DNA of 64,000 bases, taken from the NCBI GenBank assembly GCA_036172245.1, contig JAYWIR010000019.1, positions 3,410,001-3,474,000 on the forward strand. Direction: 5' to 3'. This DNA comes from Raillietiella orientalis. Taxonomy: Eukaryota. Below, piece by piece: positions 21,215-34,240 of the stretch. The translations under genes were made by a program, and so were the position numbers. How positions within the stretch are numbered: the stretch's first letter is position 1; each line of letters opens with the position of its first letter. The notes beneath the pieces were generated by a model. That model did no database searches. It saw nothing but the letters and a program-made list of their open reading frames with translations, and was not told the origin of the DNA.

Positions 21215-24200
21215 ATGTTTATGGATGATTCTTTAGATTATTTTGGTGGTATTATTGAAGAAATCTCTTTAGAAGGCCTGGATGGTATTACGCTATCAAG
21301 TATGTATCAATGTGTTCTGAAACCATATTCACATAATATTTAGCTCTTTGGATTAGATTAACCCAACGGCCGCAGTTTTGTTTGAAAATTGATGCCAGTT
21401 CCAAAGAATTTATATGGAACTGCATCCAGAAAGAAAAAGATGTCTCTGTATTTTGTCTACCGATTCCACGAAAGAAATTCTCTTTGTATAATAGATTTGA
21501 TTTTGTAGATCCAGAACATGATCTGTTGATTGAACCAGTAAGTACATTAAGGTCATTGATCGCAGCTTCTTCAAGTGTTTTGTGTACAAGAATAATTAGT
21601 TAGATTTTTTAGAGATATCCTTGTATGCATTTTCAAGTTTATTTAATTTAGGATGATGTACCAGCTGATATATATCCCATCAAAATTATTGATGACTTGA
21701 GCACCGGAGTTAGAGGTTCTTGTAGTACCTATGAAGAGCGCACAGATATTACTGATGTAATTGAAGACTGCAGTTTAGACTTTGTAGAGAAAAAGTAATG
21801 TATGTTAGTGATTGTAGATACTCTATATGCAAATGTATTTATGGAAATATATCATATCAGAATCCTTAGTGATATGATTTAAGAAATGTTTTGTCCAGTC
21901 TTGGGTCTTCTGGTTTTCATGCAAAAATTTTCCAATTTAATTAATCCTTTCAGAGTTTTAGTATTCACAGTACTTGACAGGAAACCTATTTATTGATTTC
22001 TCATTTAACGTAAATATCACATTGTTTGTTGTTATTTCCACGTTTATTTTATCAATTTTCAACGAATAAATATGATAAACCATTAACTGAGTTCTATAAA
22101 ACTTTTTCAAAGAATATATGTATGTAGGCTGTTAAAAATTTTCTTTCTATATTTATTCACATCTTTTGATTTTGTCTTAATGGGAATAATTTCTGGAAAA
22201 AGGATCGAAAAGTTATTGTTTGTAACGAGGCGTATACATCTTTTGCTTATGAAGAGGTGAAGGTTTTTTTTTTTTTTTAATTAGCGCAAGTTTGGGTATG
22301 TAATTTTTGTTTATAAGGAACATGTACAGGTGCTGAAGTAGTGTAGAGTAAATTACTTTGATATCAGAACCATAATGAAATCATTTCTTCAATCATTTGT
22401 TAAATTGAATCAGATAGATGTACATAGTCTAATATATAATTATGTGTGTTTGGTTTTGTTTATCATTTTTAATATTTTGTTTTACAAACATTGTATAATT
22501 CCTATATTAATTGTAGTTACTTTTCAAATGAGCAAACAAACATAAGTTGTATCCAGATCACTTAGTAAGAATTGTAAAAGGAATCTATAACACTTTTTTC
22601 ACTGGATATCACAATGAGAGTTTTTAAATACATTCATTTCTAGATTTATTGTTAAATCATGTTTCTGGTTTCAAATATGTGCCTGTAGCATCAAATTGTA
22701 TTGCAGATGGGGTGATAAACTAGTATTAGTTTCTAGTCAATATCTGAGGAATAAAGTATTATTTGGAAGGAATTCCCATAGATACAATGAGCTGACACCA
22801 ATTCAATATGTCATTCTTGAAAGAGTTGGCAGGTAATTTATTCTGTTAACAAATGCTCCTTGTATGTGTTTCAGTTATTAAAAGTTTCTCATATTTCATT
22901 GTTTTCATGTCTCATATTTCTCTTCATAAGTTTCTCATGTTTTGTCATCTGTACTATCTTAAAAAAGCTTGAAGCTTTTCAGAAATGCTAATTCCATAGG
23001 ATACAAAAATATAAAGTATTTTTATTTCAATTTTGTGGAAATTGTGAAATATGTCTTTTGGATTTTTTATTAGCACACGCATACAAAACTCCCTACTCAG
23101 GAATATTTAGCTAATTCTTGAATTTTATACGGCAATTTATTTTTAAACATCCAACAAAATTAATCCTATATATCTGTTGTTGCATGCCAAAAATCTTTGA
23201 AAAATCAATCAGTGCATTTTTGTTTCGAAGATTGTCATCAAAGTTTATAACTGATGAATCCTTGTTTGTTTTATTGCACACAGATCTCGTTTTCATGGGG
23301 AAGTTACTCAAGGAAAATTGAGCATATCAAATGCATTGAAAGAAACTCCAAAAAGCTTATTTTATCATCGCAAAGCATTGACTAAACTTGGTCTTATTAC
23401 CAAACAAGTGTTTGCTATGCATGGCTCCAAAGGTCAAACCACAACAGGGTCTTTGTTGCATCTTCCTAAGTTCTATGTGGAATATGTTCCAAAGGCTGCC
23501 TACTACATTAGAGAAAGCATTAAATTGCTCTTGAATGCTCCTGAACATCGGTAGGAATTCAATTTCTATTTAGAATAATATGGAACATAATTTTAAATAT
23601 TATGTTTTTCATAGAATGATTTCTGATGAGTTTTTCAAACAGCTTGGGAATCCACTCAAAAAAATCGTAAAGTCTCCCGATTTTAAGCAGTGCATCCAAG
23701 TGAAAAAAGTAATACTATCTTTTTATTAATCAGTGGAAATGGTGCTTAGGTTCCTTACAGAGAGATTTATCCTGATGCAGTTGAATCAGAATGGAAGTGT
23801 AAAAATCCGAGATATAAATCAAATCCTGAAAAAACTCTGAAAGTATACACTCTGGTGAATCCACAAATGGATTTCAGCAGTGTGTTGATTTCTCAGGATG
23901 AACCTGGTGCTGAAGAAGAGGAAGAGGAATCTGGTAATGGTAAGATTAATCATAGATTACTTTATCTTTTCTTTGTTATAATTTCTGTACATGAATGAAC
24001 AAATATTCTGTTTTATTTTTAAGTGAAACAAAAAGCTTCAATTCCTTATGTTTATTGTAAAATGCTCATATTAAAAATATTAGACATGATCTAATTAGAA
24101 GGGAATGAGTTGTTTTGTTTGCTTGTCTGTTTTATTGGGTTATTCTTCTGTATTTATACATACATGCTACATTATGAATTTCAGGAATTTTGGATGAAAA

Positions 24201-27200
24201 AAATGTGATTCTCCATAAATCATTGTTAAGTCAGGCCTTTGAGTTTGTTTTCAACAGTGGACCAGATGGCTGTGTGCAAAAAGAACTTGGTCAGTACTTA
24301 GGGTGTCATCATTTGGATGCAAGGACTCTTTGTCGCAATCTTATTCGTCGAGATCTGGTGATTACAGTAATGAAAGATGCTGGTAAACAAAGAGTTATGA
24401 GGTATATTTCAATGCTGTAATTAATCTAGATATATGGCTTTTTTTTTAAACAGATATGTAGCGAAATGTTGGAAAGATCAAAGTGACCTAGCAAGGCAGT
24501 TTGAAACTGAAAAAAAAAAGTTACTGGATTTGGATTCAAAACCAGATATCCAGACTTTTGAAAAAGAAATGCCTTCCAAATTCATAAACTCTACTCATCA
24601 GTCTCTTTCCTCGATGGAAGTATCTTTTGAGGAGGCTTCAGAATGTAAATCGACTGTGATTCAACACCTGGATTCATCTTATGATTCTCTAAGGAGTGAT
24701 TCTGGGTGAGCTTCTGATTGAACTATATTGTTCAAAGAATTTTGTTAGCATGTTTGGTGTTCCTCATAAAGCTAATGCCAAATTACGGGTGGACAACCCT
24801 AGCACTAACTTGAGACTTTTGAAAAGAGCTAATGTAGTAATGCAATATACAAAGGAAAATAAAGTAACTACAGCAGCGGAATTGATGAAGGCAGGTGTGG
24901 TGATTAATTAACTCAGCTGATTGCATGTGTAGTACCTTAGCATGAAAGAAAAAGAAGAGGGATGTGAATTCAAAATGGATCGGAAATCCTTGTTTCGTGT
25001 GCTTGTGACCCTAGAGAATTCTGGACACATCCGAAACTATAAAGCAGTTCTCCAATATGGCAAGAAGGAAAAGAATCTGCATTTAGTCTGTGATAGTAGC
25101 GTTGATAAAGGTCAGCACTTCCAAAGAAAAAATGTTCAGAAAAGAATCTGAAGGGCAGATGATAATCATGTTAAAATGGTGATAGAACAAGAAAAATTGC
25201 GTCTCTTCTTGACACCTCAGCAAAGTAAATGCGAAGGAATACAAGCAGATGAATCAGCACATTGCAGTGCAACTAAGCTGAAGAAAGACAATACTCCCAG
25301 TAGCAATCTGGATGAAGACAGTGCACAAGCAGCTGCAGCTAATTATATTCAGGTTCTGGAAGAATAAGGGGTGGGGACTGGGGCAAAGCAAAGAAATGGA
25401 AATATGCTTTTGATTTCTTTTAATAGGGATGGGGGAGAGCACATGGATTCAAACCCAAATTTGCTCGCATGCAATTATTGCATACATTCCTGTTTCATTT
25501 AGTATATGAACTCAAAGAATCAACAACAGTGGATCAGAAGCAATTGTGGCAGCAAGCCATCACTGATCTGGATGTATCCCCAGATTCAATTGACTTGTCT
25601 CTTACTATCCATAGTAGTCACTTGGATTGGCGCATGTTCATTTCTCCTTTACCACAACATGAAGGTACTGGATTGTTTGCATACAGTTACCAATAATATT
25701 TTTAGGATATTATCCAGGTTGGATATTATACAGTGACATGTTACTGCGTATGCCACTTTCCCTGTTTGTGCAGTGTGTGCAGATCAATTTTGAAATTCCC
25801 GAATTGGAGGTAAGCTCCTGTCTTTTGATAGCTTTTTTGATTAGTTGCTAGTTGTACATCTGCCATCCCATCAAAAAACATATGTTATTATGTAATATTC
25901 CTGAATCTTTAAGAAGCTCTTTAATGATCGACCAGAAGTTTAAGTTTTCTGTGTTTGAAATTATACAAAATTTGGCATTTGTGGGTCTGGTGCAAATTGG
26001 TCCAAGAATTCTGAAGAGAAAAGAAATGGTAGAAACAGAGTGGATGTTGTGCACTATGGAATTAATTATCTTTATAGGTGTTCTTCTATTTGAATAAGAA
26101 AGCTCATCTATTAGATACTTTGGCTAGTGATCCTGGTTTACATACTATTTCTACTGACAAAGAATATTACCGACGAGAATACAATTTTCATTCCTTAAAA
26201 GATTTAGAAGTGTATTGGCTTGAATTCAGCAGTATTTCACAGCTTACTCCTTTAGGTTGGTTAGAATTTAGTTTTGTAACATTGATAAGGGCCTTTTGTG
26301 TTTTTTTTTTCTTTAAAAGCATATGTTATGTTTTAGGGAAATGGGAAACTCTTGGGATGCGAAGAACTGCTGTGGTGCCTCCACATAAGAAAGAATCCCT
26401 CAAAGCATCTCTTCAGAGTGTGGGCATCCATGAAGCATATGAAAGAGACATAGGAGAAATGCCTGGAGATCATCTTGGTGCTTGTGGTACTGATTCTTCT
26501 CTTTTTGCGTAAGTTCAGCAGTGGAAGACTGGAAAAAGCATACTGTAATGCTTGTTCATTTGGTCTAATTTTTTTTCTCTGCAGATACCGAAGAGATAAC
26601 TGGATCAATTATCGTGAGCAGACCCGTCTCCGTGCAGTTGCATCCAAAGTGAGTGTGTACATGTCTTAGATACCAACTATATTTGTTTATGTGAATAGCG
26701 TGTTGCTACTAACCACAACCGACGATTCGTCAAATATCTCAAAAACAAATACAACTTGTTATCCAACAATGCAGTGATAAGCTTGGAAGGAACACAGGTA
26801 ATATAGCATTCTTTTCAAATATTCTGAATTCAATTTGTAGAAAATTGCAAAGAGAAAAAAAATAATAGTTGAAAAAGACAGTACTCCAGTAAAGAGAAAA
26901 AATACTGGAGAACCAATAATGAATGTCAAGCTCAGTTCCTCTCACTCAGATGTATGCCCCTCAAAAACGAGGGCCAAGCAAATTATTCAGAGAAATTACA
27001 GAAATTATCATGACGAAGCTGATCAGCTAGCTTTAGCCCAGAGGCGTAAATCGTATGTAAAATTTTCGATATCTCCTTAATTAGACTACTTTAGAAAGTT
27101 CGATTTCACTACAGAAGAAGATTTCTTTTTGTTTTTATGCAAAGTGGGATATTCTGTGTTTGGGGGCTGTGATTCCCTGTTAATCAATGAAGTTGTTCGA

Positions 27201-29661
27201 GATGCCTTCAATCAGCGTTTTCCGGTTTGTACTTTCTTTGTACTTTTATTTCATGCAGTGTTTTTTAACTTTCGTTTCCAGAAACGCATCAAAACTATCA
27301 AAGCAGTTCAGCGTCGTATGCGTTTTTTAATAAACAAAAACAAGTCGGTATTCATTACTTTATCCCTAATGGTGGAGGAAGCTCGACAAGATTCAGATAT
27401 AATCAAAGAGTTTGGGGTATGTGTAATATGTATGATAAGTACTCAGCCAATCTTAGTTATCATCAGGCACATTTACCTACTGAAACTTCAAAGCGTGCTG
27501 ATATCATCAGAGTTGTTAGGGAGAACCTAGACACACTGGTTCAGCGCCTTCAAAACAAGCTTCAGCAAGGGCAATATTTTAGATCCGCCTTTACTATTCC
27601 TGATTCTTTAGAGGAATTTCATAAATCTTTTGTTATCATATACCCTTCATGCTTTATAAAGAAGGCATGCTTTTGTCCAGTGCAGAATATAGTGGATGTG
27701 CATAGGTATTTGGTGCGCACAGTGATCCTGGTATGAATTGGATTGTGATCTTGATGCTTTGTATTCATTGGTGTATTTGCATTTTTAGAGCTCTTTATGT
27801 ACTGTGCAAGACAAAACAATGTGGGCTCAACACCTTTTTCGGTTTTATCTGCAGTATCCAGAAAACTTATTGCGTTCTGTTAAAAGTCAACTCAAGGCTG
27901 ATGAAATGATCTGTTTGAAGAAGCATGCTGAAGCACGTCGAGCTAGAGGTTCCCTACAAGTGTTGCAGTTTGCTACATCTCCCTATAAATTATCTTTGAG
28001 GCAAGAGAATCCAAGAATATCTTGATCAGTCAGTTTCTCTGCTCAGATTCCAGTCCATTTTGACAACTGTTTACAGTCATGAAATTTTCAGAAGTTCTTG
28101 GCTTGTAATGAACTCTCTTCAGACTCTGGATTCAAAAGAAAGCCTAGAGATCAGTTCTATGCCTGGGGAAGCAGCCATGCTGTTGGAATTGATGAGCGAG
28201 AACAAGGTAAGTTTAAGTTTTTTTTGTTTCTTATTGCCTCTCAAAAGATTACGCTGATCATGAAAATACCAGAACAGACACTTATTCTTAATCCTAAACT
28301 GTGCTTTGAAGAAGAGCAGCATCAAAGACTCATGGAAGTAGGTCATGGAAGGGCTTTATCAGATAGTGGTTCCATCTTTTTATAGCTTTTAGAAGTTAGT
28401 CCCAAAGATTTTGTTAAAGATGTACCTTCTTTCAAAATGTCACGCATGATGGTACTGCATATGAGGGAAGAATCCTTTAAGCTTCCTCGTCCAGGCTGCA
28501 AGAGCTTATCCATTGGACGGTTCTTAACTGTGAACAACTGTGAAGTTTTTTGCAACAAAGTGGAAGACAAGAATGTGTTTTCTCTGGATCAGGTGAAGGC
28601 TGCTCAGATGCTAGAGAAGGCTACAGAGTAGGATTCTGGCTGTGATAGTTAGCCATTTGGCTTGAATTCCTAGAGTCTACCATTTAAATGATGAAAGTGC
28701 AGATGTGGCTGCTGCTTGTCTTCAGCAAAATCTGGATCCTGCATTGTCTGATGAAATCATTCACTTGCACCAGATAATCACTCAGAAGAAAGAATTAGGA
28801 ATTACTATTACAAATCTGCAGGTAAAACTGGTTTTGAGCAGCATAAGAATTTTCTATCCTAGTTTTAGTGCAATTGGAAGAGCCAGTATAGTTTACATCA
28901 GTGTTTAGCTTTCCTGTGTCATCTAAAAGCGGTTGTGCAATTGGGTTTTACGGAACCATGCTATGTATCTATGGAGTATTCGCGACCTTGGCTTGTAGAT
29001 AGTTTCAAGCTTACACGAGCTGATAGAGAAAAATGTTCTCGTGCAGATCCCATCAGAATAGATAGAAAAAGGAAGAGGAAAACACAAGTAACCTCAGAAG
29101 AAATGCTATGGAAGGAAGAAAGAAAGTAAAGCCATATATCTAATTTTCATTCAGAAGCATTGTTTTCAGAAATGAATATTGGGTAAAAATTCGACCTTGG
29201 ATTCGTGTGGATGGTTCCTTGAATAGAAGAGTTTTGGATCGTCTTCTTGGAAGTTGTTTAGGATATATTATGCAGCACCCAGGTATAAGTACTAAAGCTC
29301 TCTGTGACAACTTATCTCCTGCACTGCTACCCACCCATACTTTGGAACTTGCTGAAGTGAGTATTTTGACAGTCTGGAATTAGTTGTTTTTTCTAGATGT
29401 TAGAAACTTTGGGTTGTATTCATAAGCAGTGCTTCAAAGTGCGGACACGTGCTTCACTTTTTCAGAATGAAAGCATAGAATTTGGTAAGAGAATCATGAG
29501 AATGCTTTTGATATTTGTAAATAGGAGAAGTGGATTCAGATGCAGCATTTGGAGCAGAAACAGTTTATGAACCCTCCAATCAAGCAATCACTCTGTTGGG
29601 ACAGTTTGTAGGCAATCGGAAGTATCAAGCAGACTTTTTGGTGACTTCTCCTAGCATGTGA
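21215..29661 (+). CDS. GTF3C1: General transcription factor IIIC subunit 1 (B-box binding), multi-exon
   Basis: N-terminus IIEEISLEGLDGITL then LWIRL, DIYPI, GVRGSC, WGDKLVLVSSQ, YVILERVGRSRFHGEVTQ, LFYHRKAL, MDRKSL, GFKPKFARM and C-terminal RPWIRVDGSLNRRVL; last exon 29525-29661 ends in TGA. Confidence 0.92.
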
Positions 29662-30679
29662 ACATAAATGTTATCATTTGCTCAAAGATATGACAGCCAT
29701 TGTGAGATGCGATTTACTCAAGGATTTTGGAATATTGTTTATTTTTAGAGTAAATGATTATTTTAAGGTTATATATAATAATTATTACTTTTTATAGATA
29801 AATATTTTATAATTAATGAATACCTGAGAGAAATAAAGGTATGCTATGTTCTAGTAAGTATCTTTGCATTAAGGTAAATTATTAAATATGTAAGATATGT
29901 AGAATGCATACTTCTTCATTTGTGCTAGATGATCATATTTCTAATAGTGAAATGAGCAAAAGTAAAAAATTATACTATTTTCTTTGCTAATTGCATAATT
30001 AGTGGATGCATTGTTTTTCCTTAATTTCTTACTGTCCTATTTCATGTTCTCCAGCAGTTAATGGTTATTTAATATTTATCTTGATTGGGTCAGCCCATAA
30101 AAAATCAAGAGGGTACTCTGGTATAGTTTGCCTTTCAATTCCTCAAAACAGTATTTCCAACATACATATTCCATTACCCTTTTTGGATGTCCAGCGATCA
30201 GTACCTTTTCATGAGCTGTTCATTCAGCTCATGAATCAGTCGGAATACAGTTGGACTGACATATCCATTTCCGTACATTCAAAACGAGTTACACGGTCCA
30301 TTTTTTTATTGCTCTAGTAAATGCGCAAAGGGTTTTGTTTCTTCGTGACCATTATCTGGAGGGTGACCCCTTGACTTCCAGTTCGTATAATTCCGACTTG
30401 TTGCAAATGTTTAATCTATCTCTTCTAGCTTGTCCGAAATTACACATTTAGTGTTGTTTAAATGCTCCAGGCTTAATTTTGTGTTGTCGATTAGAACTGT
30501 TTCGTTTTTTTATTAGGAAAATTTTCCGTGTTCTGTACTGCTGTTTTTATCAACTCTTTCACTCAAGTGGCTTGTAATAAAATCTTTATGCTCCACGCTA
30601 ACAGAAGACCTGTGTAATTTAAAAGCCTCTACAGCAGTCATGGTCGACTTTCCTGTCTCAGTGGACTGCATCCTCCTAG

Positions 30680-31000
30680 AATTTGTGGAATTCGTTTCCC
30701 GCAGTTCGTTTAAGTAATGACTTCCGAGTTGCAGCTTTAAACATAGTGAATGGCAACTTGCATTTCAAATCCAGAATAGCCAGTTGGTTTATTCATTTAT
30801 GTAATACAGATGTCCTTCAGTCGCTCCAGCAGAACAACCAAGTCCTGGCGTTGCTGGTCCTGCGGATGGGCCCTCAGGAAAGGAACAAAAGAGAAAAATT
30901 CTCAACTTTCTCGTGTGGAGCGATTCTATTCGCAAAACATGAAGCAAAGGCAATTATGATGGGGGAGCACAAAGATGAGAACTTTACGTAATTAACCTAA
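30680..31000 (-). pseudogene. Possible adenain-like cysteine protease remnant
   Basis: Lies directly downstream of the major capsid remnant; EFFSFVPFLRAHP loosely resembles EFFDSYG.HP; catalytic residues not recognisable. Confidence 0.3.
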
Positions 31001-31149
31001 CTAATTACTCATTTCTCGATTGGGTCGGAACTTCCAGATTCATCGAATTTCGGTATTCCCAATTCGTTGTTGTCGAGTCGATTCGACGTGTCCTTTATAT
31101 CGAGGCATAGAAAGGTCGTCGCCTTTCCCTCAGACCGTGCCTTGACCTT

Positions 31150-32690
31150 CCTTCAGACTTGATTCGATGGTCAAGAATTTCGATTTTTACGGCCTTCTTT
31201 GCTGCGTCGTACAAAAAAAAAAAAACCCAATTAACCAAAGTGATACAAAACATTCACCAATTGGTTACTGACGATTGGAAATGCACGGTGACAAGATCTC
31301 CTCCTTCCTTTCCCGTGTTTACACCAGCACGGGCGGGACTGCAGATTAGCAGTTGGTCGTGCAGATTTACCGAATTTCGGCATTCCCGATTTGCTTGGTT
31401 TCCCATTGCAGCCGGGAACAGGGTCCCATTCTTACATCTCGCGGTCGTCGTTTCGGAGGGAAAGCCGTCCTCACCGCCACCCTACAGTTGCGTTTTTAAA
31501 GCGTGTAACTGTCTACGAGAGTATCCATCCATAGAAACGCGGGGTCCTGTAGAATCCTGTTAGTCCAAGCGGATCGTCAGTTTGCCAGCCAGGAAACTCC
31601 AGCGGGAAATTCGAGGGAGCCACCATCTCTGCTTGTGCCGAAAATGAAAGTGGAAGAAACGAGCGCAGTCCTGTTCACCTCTTTAAACGCTCCAAACCCG
31701 TTTTCAAGTTTGTCCCCAAGCTGCCGCCAGCCCCGTCACACGGGATGTCGGGTCCATTGGTTGCAGCGTGGAGAATGCGTGCAGTCCGCGTCGGGAAGCT
31801 GGTTCTGCCACAAATTGGGTTGAGTTTGAAAGGCAGAGACATCTTAATAGAGCGAGTTGATTAACTGCGTGGGACCCTGAAGCTTGATATCCAGTTCTGC
31901 TAAATGGGGAGTGAGAGAAATATTCGATCATAAAGCCGATCGTTCTTTTCCGCCTCAGAGCCCGAATAACTTTTTGTCTCCTTAATCTCTTGTTTGGGTT
32001 CCCAGAAACGTTTTCGGAATTTCACTTTTACCGGGCCATCTAACATGGGGGCAGCGCAGAAGGTGCTCCCATCCTGCCTCCAGTGCAGGGAAATTCGCGA
32101 CAGCGAAGACCACGGACTTCCACGCATTTCTTTGCAGCGGAGGCTGCTGAATTCATCGTTGAGCACTGCACACGAAGATCTGCTTGACGGTCGCGATCCC
32201 GCGGCAGAGCACGAAATTTGCCCGATTCAGGCCTCTGGACTTCCATCCTTCTTCAGTAACGCTCCGAGACCTTTTTGTCGTGGCTGTGCAGCATTGCACC
32301 CACAAGTGTTCATGTGGCCATTTATAAATTGAGTAATGCCAGCTCCGCTTCCTGGAACAAACCTTTCCCCCTGGCAGTGCCTTGAACCGGAATGCATCGA
32401 CGTATTGCACAGAGGGATTCGTTCCTCGGTCCACTCCCTCCGTAAACACGGACAGCTGAGCTGTACCGGTGATGCCAGTCGCCTCGCCAACTGCCAAAGA
32501 CAAGAAAACGCGGTTTTTGCTCTTCTCGGATGCAGAATCGATCCCGTCACTTCTCTCGGATGCAGTTGTGCGGAGGGAGCGAACACTTTCGAACAAATGA
32601 ACCGCTGACATCTTAGCGGCTGGAATAAGGCATTCTTCAGCAAGCTCTCCTTCCGAGAGCAGCTCAACACCCTGGCAACGAGCTCACCGA
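31150..32690 (-). pseudogene. Polinton major capsid protein (double jelly-roll) remnant
   Basis: Ordered motif matches across frames: CSRKESLLKNALFQPLRCQRFI (C.KSELDLF..P.TQ..I), YSIYKWPHEHL...EGWK (Y.YRAY.E.LL...W.KD), ISLH...MLDGPVKVKF (GRLH...LLNGV.LK.KL), FFHFHF (NPFNF), NGTLFPAAMG and KEGGDLVTVHF. Confidence 0.65.
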
Positions 32691-32744
32691 TCGCGTGACT
32701 CGCATGCACGATGCCGCGTTTATTGTCGATCCGAGGTTTCGTCC

Positions 32745-32963
32745 TCAGCCGCTGCTGCAGCCCCGGGGCGGCTGCTTCGAGCTACTACCCAGCTTCCTAT
32801 GTCGATCTTCACCTGTAACGCTGTTCTCTTTGTAGAGCCCTCTCACAGATGAAGGAATTTGACGGCGAATTAATCGCATTTGGACAGCGATGAGGAGAAA
32901 TGCCGCAGTCCAAACAGGATGAAACTTTCGGTGTTCATCACGAGAATTTCTTCCCATTAGCAA
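32745..32963 (-). pseudogene. Possible Polinton small core protein (PW-like) remnant
   Basis: Sits between the minor and major capsid remnants; RLIRRQIPSSVRGLYKENSVTG resembles LFR.A.P.L..G.K....L.TG. Confidence 0.35.
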
Positions 32964-33099
32964 TATATGACGTTACGCCGGGGGACCCCATTTACACTCA
33001 TATGCAATGTTATATTAAAATAATGTGATTACTCACGCAAATGGAATTATGTCCACAAATCGTAATGACGAATACTATTTCATTCAACAGGATTCAGGG

Positions 33100-34240
33100 A
33101 AACTTCAGTCTTCATACTGAAATGATTCATAAGGCCTCATTAAGTTTACCCTTTCCCGACGGCTCGAGTCTTATCAGCGTCTCCAGGAATCAAATCCTGG
33201 ATTGATGAGTGCAGCTCCTGCCTTCCAGAATAAGCCCGTGCGGAAAGCTGCAAATTCGTGTTTAAAATCAGCGACTTTGCTATCCCGGAAGGTTGGGCAG
33301 TGTCGTAAGATACGGTGGACGCCACTCCATGCGCTCCTTAGTCCAGGACTTTGCTTCAAATGCCACTGAGCTAAGAGATGACCATGTGCTGATGTCAGTA
33401 AGGTGAATGCCAATAAATCTGCTGTTCTTTTCACGATCATTCACCCGAGGACAATCGCCGAAAGAGGAAAGTGGTGGTTTCGTGATAACCACGCTGCACC
33501 AAAGATTCTGGGGAAGCATCGTGTGAGGTGTATTGCAGAAACGTATGTATCTTTTAAAGCAGCCTCACCCGATTAAGTACGGGCACAAAGCACTGGCGTA
33601 CTTGAAGACACTGCTCGACAGGCAGTGTCGTGACACGTGCACTTGTGTCACGACACTGCCAGCCTTTCCGAATAGAAACGTTGCTGAATTTAGATGGGAA
33701 TCTATTGGCTCGCGATTTTTTTTTTTTTTTTCCTACGAATGGCACTTATTCCGGTGATTTCTTGCACACTCATGTTTGTGCCAGAATCCGTCAGGTTTTG
33801 GAATGGAAGTCTCCTCGCTCTCAAAATCCAACCCATTTTCTTCTTGTTGGGGATTTCATCGAGTTTTCTGTTCTAAAAGGGGAAATGGAACTGTGACGGA
33901 AACCTGTGAAGGGGGTACAACCCTCTGAAAGAAGGCCGCGGCCAAGCATGGAGAAGAGTTTTTTTGTTTTAAGCTGCTGCGAACACTCATCTTCACTGTG
34001 TTGTCCATGGTTACCTCTTCATATCGTAATGGCGCTCCCAAGTTTCAGTTCTCATAATGGTAGCAAAGACTGAGGTTTATGCTGGAGAGGACGCGGGCCT
34101 ACTTGGTCACAGGGAAAGAGAAAATCAATGGGATCTTGTCCAGGTGGTATCCTGTTTCAGAGAAAGCACTGTGGAATAATGAAAGGGAGCCAAATTCCAT
34201 TTTTGCTGAGTAGATAATAAAAAAAAAGGAAGAAAAAAAG
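33100..34240 (-). pseudogene. Polinton minor capsid protein (penton) remnant
   Basis: FIIYS...SLSLFHS...KIP (FY.TLPSN.S..YFP.N...LP), VLSSINL (VALSEI), GVHRILRHCP (GD...LLR.VP), LINPGFDSW...DSSRRERVNL (PL...F.SI...D..G..V.F). Confidence 0.45.
33621..33660. repeat. Perfect 16-bp inverted repeat
   Basis: GGCAGTGTCGTGACAC-gtgcactt-GTGTCACGACACTGCC. Confidence 0.9.

Noticed and set aside
25368..25435. G-quadruplex in a GTF3C1 intron
   Set aside because: Only three close G tracts; the fourth is more than 40 nt away.
29126..29154. Apparent 29-nt intron in GTF3C1
   Set aside because: A same-phase acceptor at 29169 gives a 44-nt intron matching the local size class.
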